Positions 53,659 to 63,495 of a stretch of DNA of 64,000 nucleotides are shown here, one piece after another (position 1 is the first letter of the stretch; the number at the start of each line of letters is the position of its first letter). Origin of the DNA: an uncultured Bacilli bacterium. Its GTDB lineage: Bacteria; Bacillota_I; Bacilli_A; RFN20; CAG-826. A program made the position numbers and the translations under genes. The stretch covers positions 3,759 to 67,758 of the forward strand of contig CALVRV010000004.1 of assembly GCA_944358865.1 (NCBI GenBank), written 5' to 3'. Below the pieces are notes generated by a model. That model was given only the letters and a program-made list of their open reading frames with translations. It was not told the origin of the DNA and did not search any database.

Positions 53659-54543
53659 CTATTTAAAACCAAAGATACGGCTTAAAAGAGATCGTTTTTC
53701 TTTTAAAATATCCGGGTTTTGCTTTATTTTTAATAAATCATTATGCATTTCTAAAACATTTTGATATCTTTCTTTTGGATTTTTTTTAGTTGCTTTATCA
53801 ATAATGCGTTCAATTTCTTTAGGACAATTTGGTAAATATTTTTTTATAGGTGGGAATTTATCTTTAACTTGACTAACCGCAACATCAACTGGATTAGATT
53901 TTTCAAATGGTAAATGTCCAGTAAGTAATTCATAAAAGGTAACACCCATCGCATAAATATCACTTTTAATTGTAGCCGGTTTACCTTGAGCAATTTCAGG
54001 AGCCATATAATGTACAGATCCCACTACTTCATTAGTGTTTGTTAAATTAGAACGTATAGTATCGATTTGAGCAATACCAAAGTCTGATAATTTAACTGTT
54101 CCATCCGCCATAATAAAGATGTTATCAGGTTTAATGTCGCGGTGAACAATAAAATGATCGTGAGCACATTTTAAAGCACTAGAAAGTTGAATCATAATAT
54201 CCACTGCTTCTTGTAATGAAAAGCGAGTTCTAAAATCTAATGCTTCTTTTAAGGATTGACCATTAATATATTCATAAGCAATATAAGGTCTACCATCAAC
54301 CATTCCATGATTATATATTTTGACAATATTAGGATCGTTTAATTGTGCGACAATGCTAGCTTCATTTTCAAATCTTTTAAGATTGACAGGATTAGCCATA
54401 ACATCTTCGCGAATAAATTTAACAGCAACACTTTTTTTAGTAATAATATCAATCGCTTCATAAACTTCTGCCATGCCACCATGACCAACACGACCTGTAA
54501 TACGATATCTTTCATCAACAATTGTATTAAATTTAATAGCCAT
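53659..54543 (-). CDS. Ser/Thr protein kinase, catalytic domain only (no TM, no PASTA repeats)
   Basis: 294 aa. GHGGMAEVY, VAVK, HRDIKPDN, DFG and YMAPE motifs. Confidence 0.85.
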   Translation of the reverse strand: MAIKFNTIVDERYRITGRVGHGGMAEVYEAIDIITKKSVAVKFIREDVMANPVNLKRFENEASIVAQLNDPNIVKIYNHGMVDGRPYIAYEYINGQSLKEALDFRTRFSLQEAVDIMIQLSSALKCAHDHFIVHRDIKPDNIFIMADGTVKLSDFGIAQIDTIRSNLTNTNEVVGSVHYMAPEIAQGKPATIKSDIYAMGVTFYELLTGHLPFEKSNPVDVAVSQVKDKFPPIKKYLPNCPKEIERIIDKATKKNPKERYQNVLEMHNDLLKIKQNPDILKEKRSLLSRIFGFK

Positions 54544-55294
54544 GAATCGAGGCCTCCCAATAAACTATTGCGATATTATCGCTTCCACCATTTGCGTTAG
54601 ATAAAGAAATTAATTCATCACACTTTTGCTGTGGAGTGTCGTCTAATCTTAATATTGTTTCTATGTCAGTGCTATTGACATTATTATATAAGCCATCACT
54701 ACAAAGTAATAATGGTTCACCATTATATTTAAAAGATAATAAATCAAAACTAACACTAGGATACACTCCAAGAGCGTTTAATAAAACATGGCGTTTAGGA
54801 TGAGTTTTCATGTCTTCTTCTTTAATTTGACCACTTCGATATAAGTAAGCAACATATGTTTGATCATCAGTTAATTGCTTGAGTTTTCCATTTTGTGTCA
54901 TAACATAAGCGCGAGAATCACCAATTTGTCCAATAGTTAGATAACCTCTAGATAAAATAGCAATGGTAACAGTTGTTCCCATTCCTTTATATAAATTATT
55001 TCTAACACTTTCATCATAAACGACACTGTTAGCTTTTTTTATTGTTGATTTTAACCAAAACTTAATCATGAATGGAATAGCAAATTTTGGCGCTTTTAAA
55101 AATTCTTCGCTAAAAATTTCTTTTGCAATTCGCGAAGCTAAATCACCATGATTTTGTCCGCCCATTCCATCGCAAACTAAAAGCATAACGTCACCATGAC
55201 AATTAGTTAAAGCAAGTGCTTGGTCTTCGTTTGTAATACGAATTTTACCAACATCTGTTTTAAAAGAATAAGTTCCAATAATTTTATTTTTCAT
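54533..55294 (-). CDS. PP2C-family Ser/Thr phosphatase (Stp/PrpC-like)
   Basis: LLVCDGMGGQNHG and NGGSDNIAIV motifs. It overlaps the kinase gene by 11 nt. Confidence 0.85.
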   Translation of the reverse strand: MKNKIIGTYSFKTDVGKIRITNEDQALALTNCHGDVMLLVCDGMGGQNHGDLASRIAKEIFSEEFLKAPKFAIPFMIKFWLKSTIKKANSVVYDESVRNNLYKGMGTTVTIAILSRGYLTIGQIGDSRAYVMTQNGKLKQLTDDQTYVAYLYRSGQIKEEDMKTHPKRHVLLNALGVYPSVSFDLLSFKYNGEPLLLCSDGLYNNVNSTDIETILRLDDTPQQKCDELISLSNANGGSDNIAIVYWEASIHGY

Positions 55295-56321
55295 TTTTTG
55301 CCCTTAGTTGACCACATGCAGCGTCAATATCTGTACCGAACTCTTTTCTTATTGTAGCAGTTACGCCACGTTTAATCAAACGGTCTAAAAAAGATTTGAC
55401 AGTTTTATTATCACTTCTTTGATAATCATTTTCATTTACAGGATTATATGGAATAAGATTAACATAGGCTAGCATACCTTTAATTAAATCAGCAAGTTCA
55501 TCGGCATTTTCTAATGAATCGTTAACACCCTTTAATAAGATATATTCAAAAGTTAAGCGGCGATTTGCAATGATTTCATATTGTCTGCAGGCATTTATTA
55601 ATTCTTTTAAAGGATAAACTTTATTAATTTTCATTAATTTTGATCGAGTTTCATCATTAGAAGCATGTAAAGAAATAGCAAGATTTATTTGTAAACCCTC
55701 GTTCGCGTATTTTAAGATTTTATCAACTATTCCACAAGTTGAAACAGTAATATGTCTTGCTCCGATTGCAAAAGCTTTTGGATGATTACATATACGAACA
55801 AAATCCATAACATTATCATAATTATCAAATGGTTCGCCTGTACCCATGACAACAACATGAGTAACTCTTTGATTTTCGTTTTCTTCTTTTAATAATTTAT
55901 CGATGACCATTACTTGGCCAACCATTTCATCAACACGTAAATTTCTTTTCTTTTTTAATAGACCCGAGGCACAAAAACTACATCCCATATTGCATCCAAC
56001 TTGGCTTGACACACAAACGACATTGCCATAGGAATAACGCATTAAAACAGTTTCTATTTTGTTACCATCTTCTAATTTTAATAATAATTTTATCGTGCCA
56101 TCACTAGCAACTTGCTTAATATCAATTGTTGGTAATGTCAATATAAATTTTTCTTTTAATACTTCCCTAAATTTTAAAGATATATCGCTCATTTTATCAA
56201 AATCATCAACACGTTTTTCATATAACCAAATGTATAATTGTGTCGCACGATATTTCTTTTGATCAAGCGAAAGCATCAAATTTTCTAATTTTGTAATTTC
56301 TTGACTATAAAGATTAATCAT
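55284..56321 (-). CDS. rlmN: 23S rRNA/tRNA A2503 methyltransferase RlmN (radical SAM)
   Basis: SSQVGCNMGCSFCASG (CxxxCxxC) and GEPFDNY. Confidence 0.9.
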   Translation of the reverse strand: MINLYSQEITKLENLMLSLDQKKYRATQLYIWLYEKRVDDFDKMSDISLKFREVLKEKFILTLPTIDIKQVASDGTIKLLLKLEDGNKIETVLMRYSYGNVVCVSSQVGCNMGCSFCASGLLKKKRNLRVDEMVGQVMVIDKLLKEENENQRVTHVVVMGTGEPFDNYDNVMDFVRICNHPKAFAIGARHITVSTCGIVDKILKYANEGLQINLAISLHASNDETRSKLMKINKVYPLKELINACRQYEIIANRRLTFEYILLKGVNDSLENADELADLIKGMLAYVNLIPYNPVNENDYQRSDNKTVKSFLDRLIKRGVTATIRKEFGTDIDAACGQLRAKNEK

Positions 56322-57621
56322 TAGACTTATTACCCTTGACTAATAATGCATAATACATCATGTCGCTTTCCTTTTCATATGGGAAACATTGATGTTCTTT
56401 AACTAAAGTAAAATATTTATTTTTTGATAAAAATTCATAGACAACACTTTGCCCTTCTTTGCGATTTAAAGTATTTACTGCATATAAAATATGACCACCA
56501 TCTTCAATATATTTTGCTGCTTCATCAAGTGTTTCTTTTTGTTTTGAAATGTAATTATCCAAATTATTTTGATCAAAATGTAAAAAATAATCGGGTTCAC
56601 TTTTTAAACGGTAAAAATTACTTGAATCAGGGAGAACAACAAATAATTGACCTTTATTAGAAATTCCGCTTATTAAATCAGTTACTTCACATTCAATAAA
56701 ATTGATGTTATTAACCTGATATCTTGTCGCTAAGCTTCTAAAATTATATAAATCCTTATTAGGAGTAATAAAACAATCCAAATGCAAATTGTTTTTAAAT
56801 TTAAAACAAAGATCTAAAAAGATATTGTTTAAATTTCCAAGATAAAAATAAACAGGTTTAATAATGTCAATATCTAATTCATCAAGAATTTCTTTTAAAG
56901 AATAATTAATGACAACACTACGATTGGTAATTAAGAAATTTTTACGACGAATAGGTTCTTTTTTATCGTATTTTAAAACATCACTTTTTTCAGTATCAAT
57001 AAGATCGTCTTTATAAGATTCTAACAATTTAAGTTTGTCATTTTTTAACGAATTAACTAAGACATAGGTAGGTAATGTTTTTTGTAAACATTTTGCGGTT
57101 TTTAAGGCTTTATTCGTACCAAATTGTTTTTTCCACATTGAGTAAATCCATGGTTCAATATTGTATCTTTGACTGACAAAATCTGGTGATATTAAATAAT
57201 TTTGATAATTTTTATCATCTTTTTCATAAGGAATGTCAATTAAAGGTTCCCCATTAACTTTACTATCATAAATTTTTTCAAATTTATCTAAATCAAATTT
57301 GGTATTCAAAGAATCAACAGTTGTTTTTAAAAAATTAAAAGTATCTTCCTTGCTCAAACGTTTTAAAAATAATCCATTACTTAATACCAAACCAAGTGTA
57401 ATACGAAGAGAAGAGTCAATATTTTCAAAATTATCATCTATTAAGCGATTAAAAACAATAAAATGTCTTAAATAGCAACCACATAAAGCACTAATATCGC
57501 TACTAGAAATAGATTTGTTTTTAGATTCATTTTCAAAACATTTTTTTAAGGCAGAATGAAAATTATTGCCATTATTTACAATATCTTCAATAACTTCAAT
57601 CGATTTTTTTAAACTCTCCAT
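56314..57621 (-). CDS. rsmB: 16S rRNA m5C methyltransferase RsmB-like
   Basis: 435 aa. Its position upstream of rlmN matches Firmicutes, and it has a C-terminal methyltransferase-like region. The sequence is divergent. Confidence 0.6.
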   Translation of the reverse strand: MESLKKSIEVIEDIVNNGNNFHSALKKCFENESKNKSISSSDISALCGCYLRHFIVFNRLIDDNFENIDSSLRITLGLVLSNGLFLKRLSKEDTFNFLKTTVDSLNTKFDLDKFEKIYDSKVNGEPLIDIPYEKDDKNYQNYLISPDFVSQRYNIEPWIYSMWKKQFGTNKALKTAKCLQKTLPTYVLVNSLKNDKLKLLESYKDDLIDTEKSDVLKYDKKEPIRRKNFLITNRSVVINYSLKEILDELDIDIIKPVYFYLGNLNNIFLDLCFKFKNNLHLDCFITPNKDLYNFRSLATRYQVNNINFIECEVTDLISGISNKGQLFVVLPDSSNFYRLKSEPDYFLHFDQNNLDNYISKQKETLDEAAKYIEDGGHILYAVNTLNRKEGQSVVYEFLSKNKYFTLVKEHQCFPYEKESDMMYYALLVKGNKSND

Positions 57622-57635
57622 ATTTTAATTTCCTC

Positions 57636-58085
57636 TTATTTTTTATTTAGTCTTTCTTCAAAGTCGCGAAAAACGTCTTCAGTATAAATTTCACTATCAT
57701 CGACATCTTCGTAATCGCTGTCTATTTCAATAGAATTTTTATTAGACATATATCGAGGATAATCCTCATTAATAAAAAGTTGACGATGATGCAAATGGTA
57801 ATAATCAAAATATATTTCAATATTTATAGTAAAAGATTTAAAAGCTTCAGTTAAAATATGATTAACTTTGTCTTGTAAAATATGACATTGTTCTGGAGCT
57901 TTTACGTTTATAATAGTGTGCCAACTTGTTTGTTCCATACCATCATGAAATACCATGTTGTTAACAGCAACAAAATTAATATTGTCAGCATCAGTTTCAT
58001 ATACTTTAGCTAAATTTGAAGTGATATTTTTAGAAATATCGCCAACAACGAATTGATCTAATCCGTAAATAAATAAAGTAATCAT
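57636..58085 (-). CDS. Hypothetical protein (occupies the slot where def-fmt usually sit between priA and rsmB)
   Basis: 149-aa ORF with an acidic C-terminus. No family confidently recognised. Confidence 0.35.
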   Translation of the reverse strand: MITLFIYGLDQFVVGDISKNITSNLAKVYETDADNINFVAVNNMVFHDGMEQTSWHTIINVKAPEQCHILQDKVNHILTEAFKSFTINIEIYFDYYHLHHRQLFINEDYPRYMSNKNSIEIDSDYEDVDDSEIYTEDVFRDFEERLNKK

Positions 58086-58176
58086 TTCAATACCTCACTC
58101 TACTATTATATAGTAGTAATAAAAATTTAATAGTGCAAAATGAAGTTTTTTAAAAATATTTACACTGTATAAATAC

Positions 58177-60369
58177 TTACTCATTGGGATTGATATTTAT
58201 TGTAATTTTTAAAGCACTGCTACTTTTTATTGAATTTATAGTATTTTTTAAAATTTCATGACCAAGATTTTTATCTTTAAATTTAATTGTAATGACTCTA
58301 ATATGATTATCTAAAATACGAGAAATATAAGGCGAAGAAGGACCTACAATTTCTCCATTAATATCAAATTCTTTTTTTAATATTTGACTTAAAAGATAAG
58401 CATTTTCAACGACAGAAGTTTCATTTTTACCGCTTATTGTCAAATTAGCTAAATAACAATATGGTGGATAATAAAGTTGTTTTCTAAACATCATTTCTTT
58501 TTGATAAAATAAATCAAAATTTTGTCTTGCAGCGTATGTTATCGCATAATGGCTTGGATTATATGTTTGAATAATAGCAATCCCACTTTTTTTGCCTCTT
58601 CCACTTCTTCCTATTGCTTGTGTTAAAATTTGAAATGTTTTTTCACTGCTTTTAAAAGATGGCATATTTAAACCAATATCTGCTAAAACAACACCCACTA
58701 AAGTGACATTATCAAAATCATGACCTTTCGCTATCATCTGTGTACCAATTAATATATCAGCCTCGTGATTTTTAAAAGATTCTAAAGTTGTTTTAATTTT
58801 ACTTTTAATTTTTGCATTATCGCTATCAAGACGTAATATGCAAGCGTTTTTAAATAATCTTTTGCACTCAAGTTCTACTTTTTCTGAGCCGAAACCTATT
58901 TTAATAAAATGATCGCCACCACATTTTGGACAAATTGTCGCTTCTTTTTCCATATATTCACAGTGGTGACATTTTAACAATTTATCATCATAATGATATG
59001 TTAAAGGAACATTACAATTTGGGCATTTAAAAACATGGCCGCAATTACGACACACATAAGAAGTAGAAAAACCTCTTCTATTTATTAATAAAATAATTTG
59101 TTCACCCAAATTTAATCTTTTATTAATTTCATTCCTTAATGTCTTACTAAAAATATATGATTCATGATCAATATTATTATAATCTAACATGTTAATTATC
59201 ATTGTAGATGGCAAATTTGCATTATTTATGCGTTTATTTAATCTTAAAAGGTGATAAACTCCTTTTTGCGCTCTTGCGCGAGAATCTAATGAAGGTGTTG
59301 CAGAGGCTAATAAAACTTTACATTTTTCAATCTCGCTTCTAAATATAGCCACTTCTCTTGCATGGTAAAAAGGAGATCTATCTTGCTTATAAGAATCAGA
59401 ATGTTCTTCGTCGATAATAATAAGTCCTAAGTTTGATAAAGGTGCAAAAATCGCACTTCGCGCACCAATAACAATTTTAGCTTTATTTGATGCAATTTTT
59501 CGATATTCATCATATTTTTGAGCGTTAGTTAATTCACTATGTAAAATAGCTATGTCATTAGAAAAACGATTATAAAAATATTGTGTCATCATTGGAGTAA
59601 GTGATATTTCAGGCACTAATATTAAAACTGTTTTATTTTGCTTTAACACTTCTTTTGCAATATGAAGATAAACTTCAGTTTTTCCAGAACCAGTAACACC
59701 TTGTAAAAGATAGACACTATCAGTGCTATTAAAAAATTCATTAACTATTTTTAATTGATCTAATGTTAACTTTTTTTCATCACCATTAATTTGATAATCA
59801 AGTTTTAAACGTGTTTTTTCTTTTCTTATAATTGCTATTTTTTCTAAATTTAAAAGTTTATTAACAATTGATTTAGATTTTAATTCTTTTTTTAAAACTT
59901 CTTTTTCTTTTTTTATAAAACGTAATAATTCTATTTGCTTAATAGTTAACCCTTCTTCACTATCATCAATACAACTAACATATTCATCATAAGCAATTTT
60001 AGGAGCTTTTAATGAAGATGAAGTAGGCTTTAAAGATGGAGGAAGCATACATTGTAAGACACCAATCTTTGATGATAAATAATAATCAGCAATACGATTC
60101 GCTAATTGTAATAAAGGCTCATTTAGTAATGGAACATCATCAATAACATCAATAATCTCATTAATTACAAAACCTAATTCTTTTTCTAAATCATCTTTTG
60201 ATTTATTTGTTTCTTGTAAGGAACTAACATAACCAATTATCTCTTTATTATTAAAATTTAAAATAACTCGATATCCTCTATCAATAGGTTTTGTTCCATT
60301 ATAAATATATATAAAAGGTCTATTAAGAGCAATATTTGTGTATTCAATTAAAACATTAACAATTTTCAT
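58177..60369 (-). CDS. priA: Primosomal protein N' (replication restart helicase PriA)
   Basis: 730 aa. GVTGSGKTEVY, IIIDEEHSDSYK, and Cys-rich zinc-binding segments CRNCGHVFKCPNC...CHHC...CPKCG. Confidence 0.9.
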   Translation of the reverse strand: MKIVNVLIEYTNIALNRPFIYIYNGTKPIDRGYRVILNFNNKEIIGYVSSLQETNKSKDDLEKELGFVINEIIDVIDDVPLLNEPLLQLANRIADYYLSSKIGVLQCMLPPSLKPTSSSLKAPKIAYDEYVSCIDDSEEGLTIKQIELLRFIKKEKEVLKKELKSKSIVNKLLNLEKIAIIRKEKTRLKLDYQINGDEKKLTLDQLKIVNEFFNSTDSVYLLQGVTGSGKTEVYLHIAKEVLKQNKTVLILVPEISLTPMMTQYFYNRFSNDIAILHSELTNAQKYDEYRKIASNKAKIVIGARSAIFAPLSNLGLIIIDEEHSDSYKQDRSPFYHAREVAIFRSEIEKCKVLLASATPSLDSRARAQKGVYHLLRLNKRINNANLPSTMIINMLDYNNIDHESYIFSKTLRNEINKRLNLGEQIILLINRRGFSTSYVCRNCGHVFKCPNCNVPLTYHYDDKLLKCHHCEYMEKEATICPKCGGDHFIKIGFGSEKVELECKRLFKNACILRLDSDNAKIKSKIKTTLESFKNHEADILIGTQMIAKGHDFDNVTLVGVVLADIGLNMPSFKSSEKTFQILTQAIGRSGRGKKSGIAIIQTYNPSHYAITYAARQNFDLFYQKEMMFRKQLYYPPYCYLANLTISGKNETSVVENAYLLSQILKKEFDINGEIVGPSSPYISRILDNHIRVITIKFKDKNLGHEILKNTINSIKSSSALKITININPNE

Positions 60370-60386
60370 ACAAAAATATTATAAAT

Positions 60387-60968
60387 TTATTTAGAAATGT
60401 TTTTAAGTTTATTTAAAATAATTTCGCTTATTTCTTTGCTCGCGCGATTTAAATCATCATTGATAACGATATAATCATAACCTTCAGTTTTATTTATTTC
60501 TCTTCTTGCTTTTTCTAATCTTTCTTTAATTACTTCTTCACTTTCAGATTTTCTTAAACGTATTCTTTTTTCTAATTCTTCCAATGAAGGTGGCAAAAGG
60601 AAAATAGAAACAATATTATCGCCTTTAACCTTGCTTAATACTTGATTCGCACCATTAATCTCTATCTCAAGCAAAACATTTTTACCATTATCAATCCATT
60701 GTTCTACTTTATCTTTAGGTGTGCCATAATAATTGCCAACAAATTGACAATATTCTAAAAAATTATCATTTTTAATGTTTTCTTTAAAAATATCTTCACT
60801 GACGAAATAATAATCAACATTGGGGATTTCTTTTTTTCGTGGTTTTCTAGTCGTCATAGAAATAGAATAAACAAGATTAAGTTTCTTGTTTTTGAAAATT
60901 TTTTTACGAATTGTTCCTTTTCCAACTCCTGATGGTCCACTTAAAATAATCAATAATCCCTTTTTCAT
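60387..60968 (-). CDS. gmk: Guanylate kinase
   Basis: ILSGPSGVGKGT P-loop and TTRKPRKKE. Confidence 0.9.
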   Translation of the reverse strand: MKKGLLIILSGPSGVGKGTIRKKIFKNKKLNLVYSISMTTRKPRKKEIPNVDYYFVSEDIFKENIKNDNFLEYCQFVGNYYGTPKDKVEQWIDNGKNVLLEIEINGANQVLSKVKGDNIVSIFLLPPSLEELEKRIRLRKSESEEVIKERLEKARREINKTEGYDYIVINDDLNRASKEISEIILNKLKNISK

Positions 60969-61050
60969 AATTTAAATTAGATTATACGTGTAAAATTAGA
61001 AGTAGTCAAATAAACTTAATATTTTTCATATAAAATGATAAAATGTAAAC

Positions 61051-62439
61051 ATGAACTTAGACTTTTTTTTAAAAACAAATATTCAAAATATATGTAATGA
61101 TTTAAAAACTAAATTAGTTTCAAACCACATTGCTAATCTTACTTTTATAAATAAAGATAGTTTATATTTTAATTTTTCCTTTTATCGACAAGAATTACTT
61201 TTTATCAATTTAACAAATAATAATCCTTTTATCGGGTTAATTAAAAAAGAAAAATCTTTATCAAATTTTAATAAAGATATTGCTTTTCAATTTCGACACT
61301 TTATCAAAGATAGTTATATTAATGACATAAGATTATTAAATGACGATGCAATTTTAATATTTGATTTATTTAAAAAAATTGATGAATTTGATCATCGCCA
61401 ATTTCATTTAATAATTGAATTAATTTTTAATAAGACAAATCTAATTTTATGTGATGAAAATTTTAATATTATTTTAGTTTTTAAACCGTCATCTATATTG
61501 CAAAAACGTGATATTTCAATCGGAAAACCCTATCAAATCCCTGATAAATATATTAAAAATATAGATTTTAAAGGTAATTTAACATTAAAAGAATATTACG
61601 CGTATGGAGAAAAATTATTTCAAGAAAAATTAATGTCAAGAAAAGAAGAAAAATTTAAAAAATTACATCAATTTATTCTTAATAAAATTAAATTATTAAA
61701 ACGAAAGAAAATTATATTAAACCAAGAAATTGTTGACGCTAAAAAAGATTTAATTTATGAAGAATTAGGTAATGCTTGTTATTATTATAATCAAAACGAA
61801 TTAGAACAATTATTTTTAGAAAATAATAAACAGTTTAAAAAAGATGAAGACATTAAATTAATTGCTTCTTCATGTTTTAAAAAATATAAAAAGGCTAAAT
61901 CAAAAATTGCTAATAGTGAAAAACAATTAAATATTTGTAATGATGATTTACAATATTTTTCTAATATGCTCATCCAATATGAAAATGGTGATGAAGATGA
62001 TTTATTACAATTAGAGTCTTTGTTGTTACCAGAAAAAGTTTTTAATAAAAACGAAAAACAAATTATTAAAAAGACTACCCCATATCAGATTAAAATGGAA
62101 GGTTGTACCATTTTATTTGGTAAAAACAATATTCAAAATGATTATTTAACTTTTCATGTAGCAAAAGATGATGATTTATTTTTCCATATCCATCCATATA
62201 GTGGCGCTCATGTGATAATAAAGGGTAATAATCCAAGCGATAATCTAATAAATATTGCTTGTCAAATTTGTTTAATTCTTTCTAAAAAAACAGCAAGTGA
62301 TGTTATTTTTGCAAAGAAGAAATATGTTAAAAAAGGACATAAATTAGGCCAAGTAATTTTAAAAAAATATCAAACACTTAAAATAAATAATGTTGATGAT
62401 AGTGTTAAAGAATTAATTTTTAAGGCTAATAAAATCTAA
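61051..62439 (+). CDS. NFACT-family protein (RqcH / fibronectin-binding protein A-like), short form
   Basis: 462 aa. It has an NFACT-N-like N-terminus, a coiled-coil middle, and a C-terminal DUF814-like part (FFHIHPYSGAHVIIKG). Confidence 0.6.
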   Translation: MNLDFFLKTNIQNICNDLKTKLVSNHIANLTFINKDSLYFNFSFYRQELLFINLTNNNPFIGLIKKEKSLSNFNKDIAFQFRHFIKDSYINDIRLLNDDAILIFDLFKKIDEFDHRQFHLIIELIFNKTNLILCDENFNIILVFKPSSILQKRDISIGKPYQIPDKYIKNIDFKGNLTLKEYYAYGEKLFQEKLMSRKEEKFKKLHQFILNKIKLLKRKKIILNQEIVDAKKDLIYEELGNACYYYNQNELEQLFLENNKQFKKDEDIKLIASSCFKKYKKAKSKIANSEKQLNICNDDLQYFSNMLIQYENGDEDDLLQLESLLLPEKVFNKNEKQIIKKTTPYQIKMEGCTILFGKNNIQNDYLTFHVAKDDDLFFHIHPYSGAHVIIKGNNPSDNLINIACQICLILSKKTASDVIFAKKKYVKKGHKLGQVILKKYQTLKINNVDDSVKELIFKANKI

Positions 62440-62900
62440 GCATTACTATTTACATAAGTTAAAATATTATCAACAAAATAATTTTCAAAAGTAATAACAA
62501 CCCCTTGATATGCAAAAATGTATGCTAATGGAAGATATAAATCTTTGCCATATTCTTCAAAAGCATATGCCGAGTTTGCATATGTCGAAGCATCAACAAT
62601 ATATTGATAATCATTTTGGCTAATATTTGTTAGATCAACATTATAAATATTAAAATAAGATAGACTAGCAAGAGCGGTTAATTCTTCTTTAGCTTGAGAA
62701 CACGATGCACAATTATCTACTGTAAAAATAACAACTAAATTTTCTTTTTGATTAATAGCTAAGTCATATAATCTTTCACCATTTATTGAAACAAGGCGTG
62801 GATTTTCAACATATGGCAAGGTAATTTTATTAAAATTAGTCGTGTTGCAACTAGTTAAACACAAGATATTTAAAAAGATAAAAGCAATTATTTTTTTCAT
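62436..62900 (-). CDS. Lipoprotein with a thioredoxin-like CxxC motif
   Basis: MKKIIAFIFLNILCLTSC (lipobox LTS/C) and VDNCASCSQAKEEL. Confidence 0.5.
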   Translation of the reverse strand: MKKIIAFIFLNILCLTSCNTTNFNKITLPYVENPRLVSINGERLYDLAINQKENLVVIFTVDNCASCSQAKEELTALASLSYFNIYNVDLTNISQNDYQYIVDASTYANSAYAFEEYGKDLYLPLAYIFAYQGVVITFENYFVDNILTYVNSNA

Positions 62901-63418
62901 TTTTTTGCCTCATTAATTAAAAAATCTTCGCCTTTTATTTCTTCTTGAGTTGCTAAATCTAAAAAGTTTTGCTGTCTTAAAGCTTCATATAAAATAATAG
63001 CGACACAATTAGATAAATTTAAACTACGGCAGTTGCTAACCATAGGTATACGTAACAAATGATCTTGATTTTTTAATAAGATGTCATGAGGTATTCCACT
63101 AGATTCACGACCAAACATAAAATAAATATCATTAATTTTATTTGAAAAATCAAAATTAGAATATGCTTTACTGCCATATCTAGTTACATAATAGATATTT
63201 ACATTTTTATTTAAATGATAAAATTCATCAATGTTTTCATAATATTGCATTTTTAAGTCTTCAATATAATCTAAACCTGCTCTTTTAATAGCTTTTTCAT
63301 CTAAAGAAAAAGATATAGGACCAATAATATGCAACTTTGATTTTGTCGCAACACAAGTTCGCATAATGTTGCCGGTATTAAGAGGTTTTTCAGGACGATA
63401 TAAAACAATATGAATCAT
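62897..63418 (-). CDS. trmL: tRNA (cytidine/uridine-2'-O)-methyltransferase TrmL (SpoU family)
   Basis: 173 aa. It has the SpoU-type knot region GRESSGIP...LNLSNCVAIILYEALRQ. Confidence 0.8.
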   Translation of the reverse strand: MIHIVLYRPEKPLNTGNIMRTCVATKSKLHIIGPISFSLDEKAIKRAGLDYIEDLKMQYYENIDEFYHLNKNVNIYYVTRYGSKAYSNFDFSNKINDIYFMFGRESSGIPHDILLKNQDHLLRIPMVSNCRSLNLSNCVAIILYEALRQQNFLDLATQEEIKGEDFLINEAKK

Positions 63419-63495
63419 ACAAAGAATAATATAATATTTTTGCTAAAAATAAACAAACAATTACTTTAAAAATAATATTATGTTAAAGTAATAAT

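Noticed and set aside
54339-54600. ORFs 54339..54560 (-) and 54343..54600 (+) at the kinase/phosphatase junction
   Set aside because: They overlap the well-supported prkC-like and PP2C genes in other frames, and they have low-complexity translations.
58101-58117. Palindrome CTACTAT-TAT-ATAGTAG between priA and the 149-aa ORF, as a possible regulatory hairpin
   Set aside because: It is short and AT-only, no U-run follows it, and it contains a TATAAT-like hexamer on the coding strand. It is most simply part of a promoter, or a chance occurrence in AT-rich DNA.
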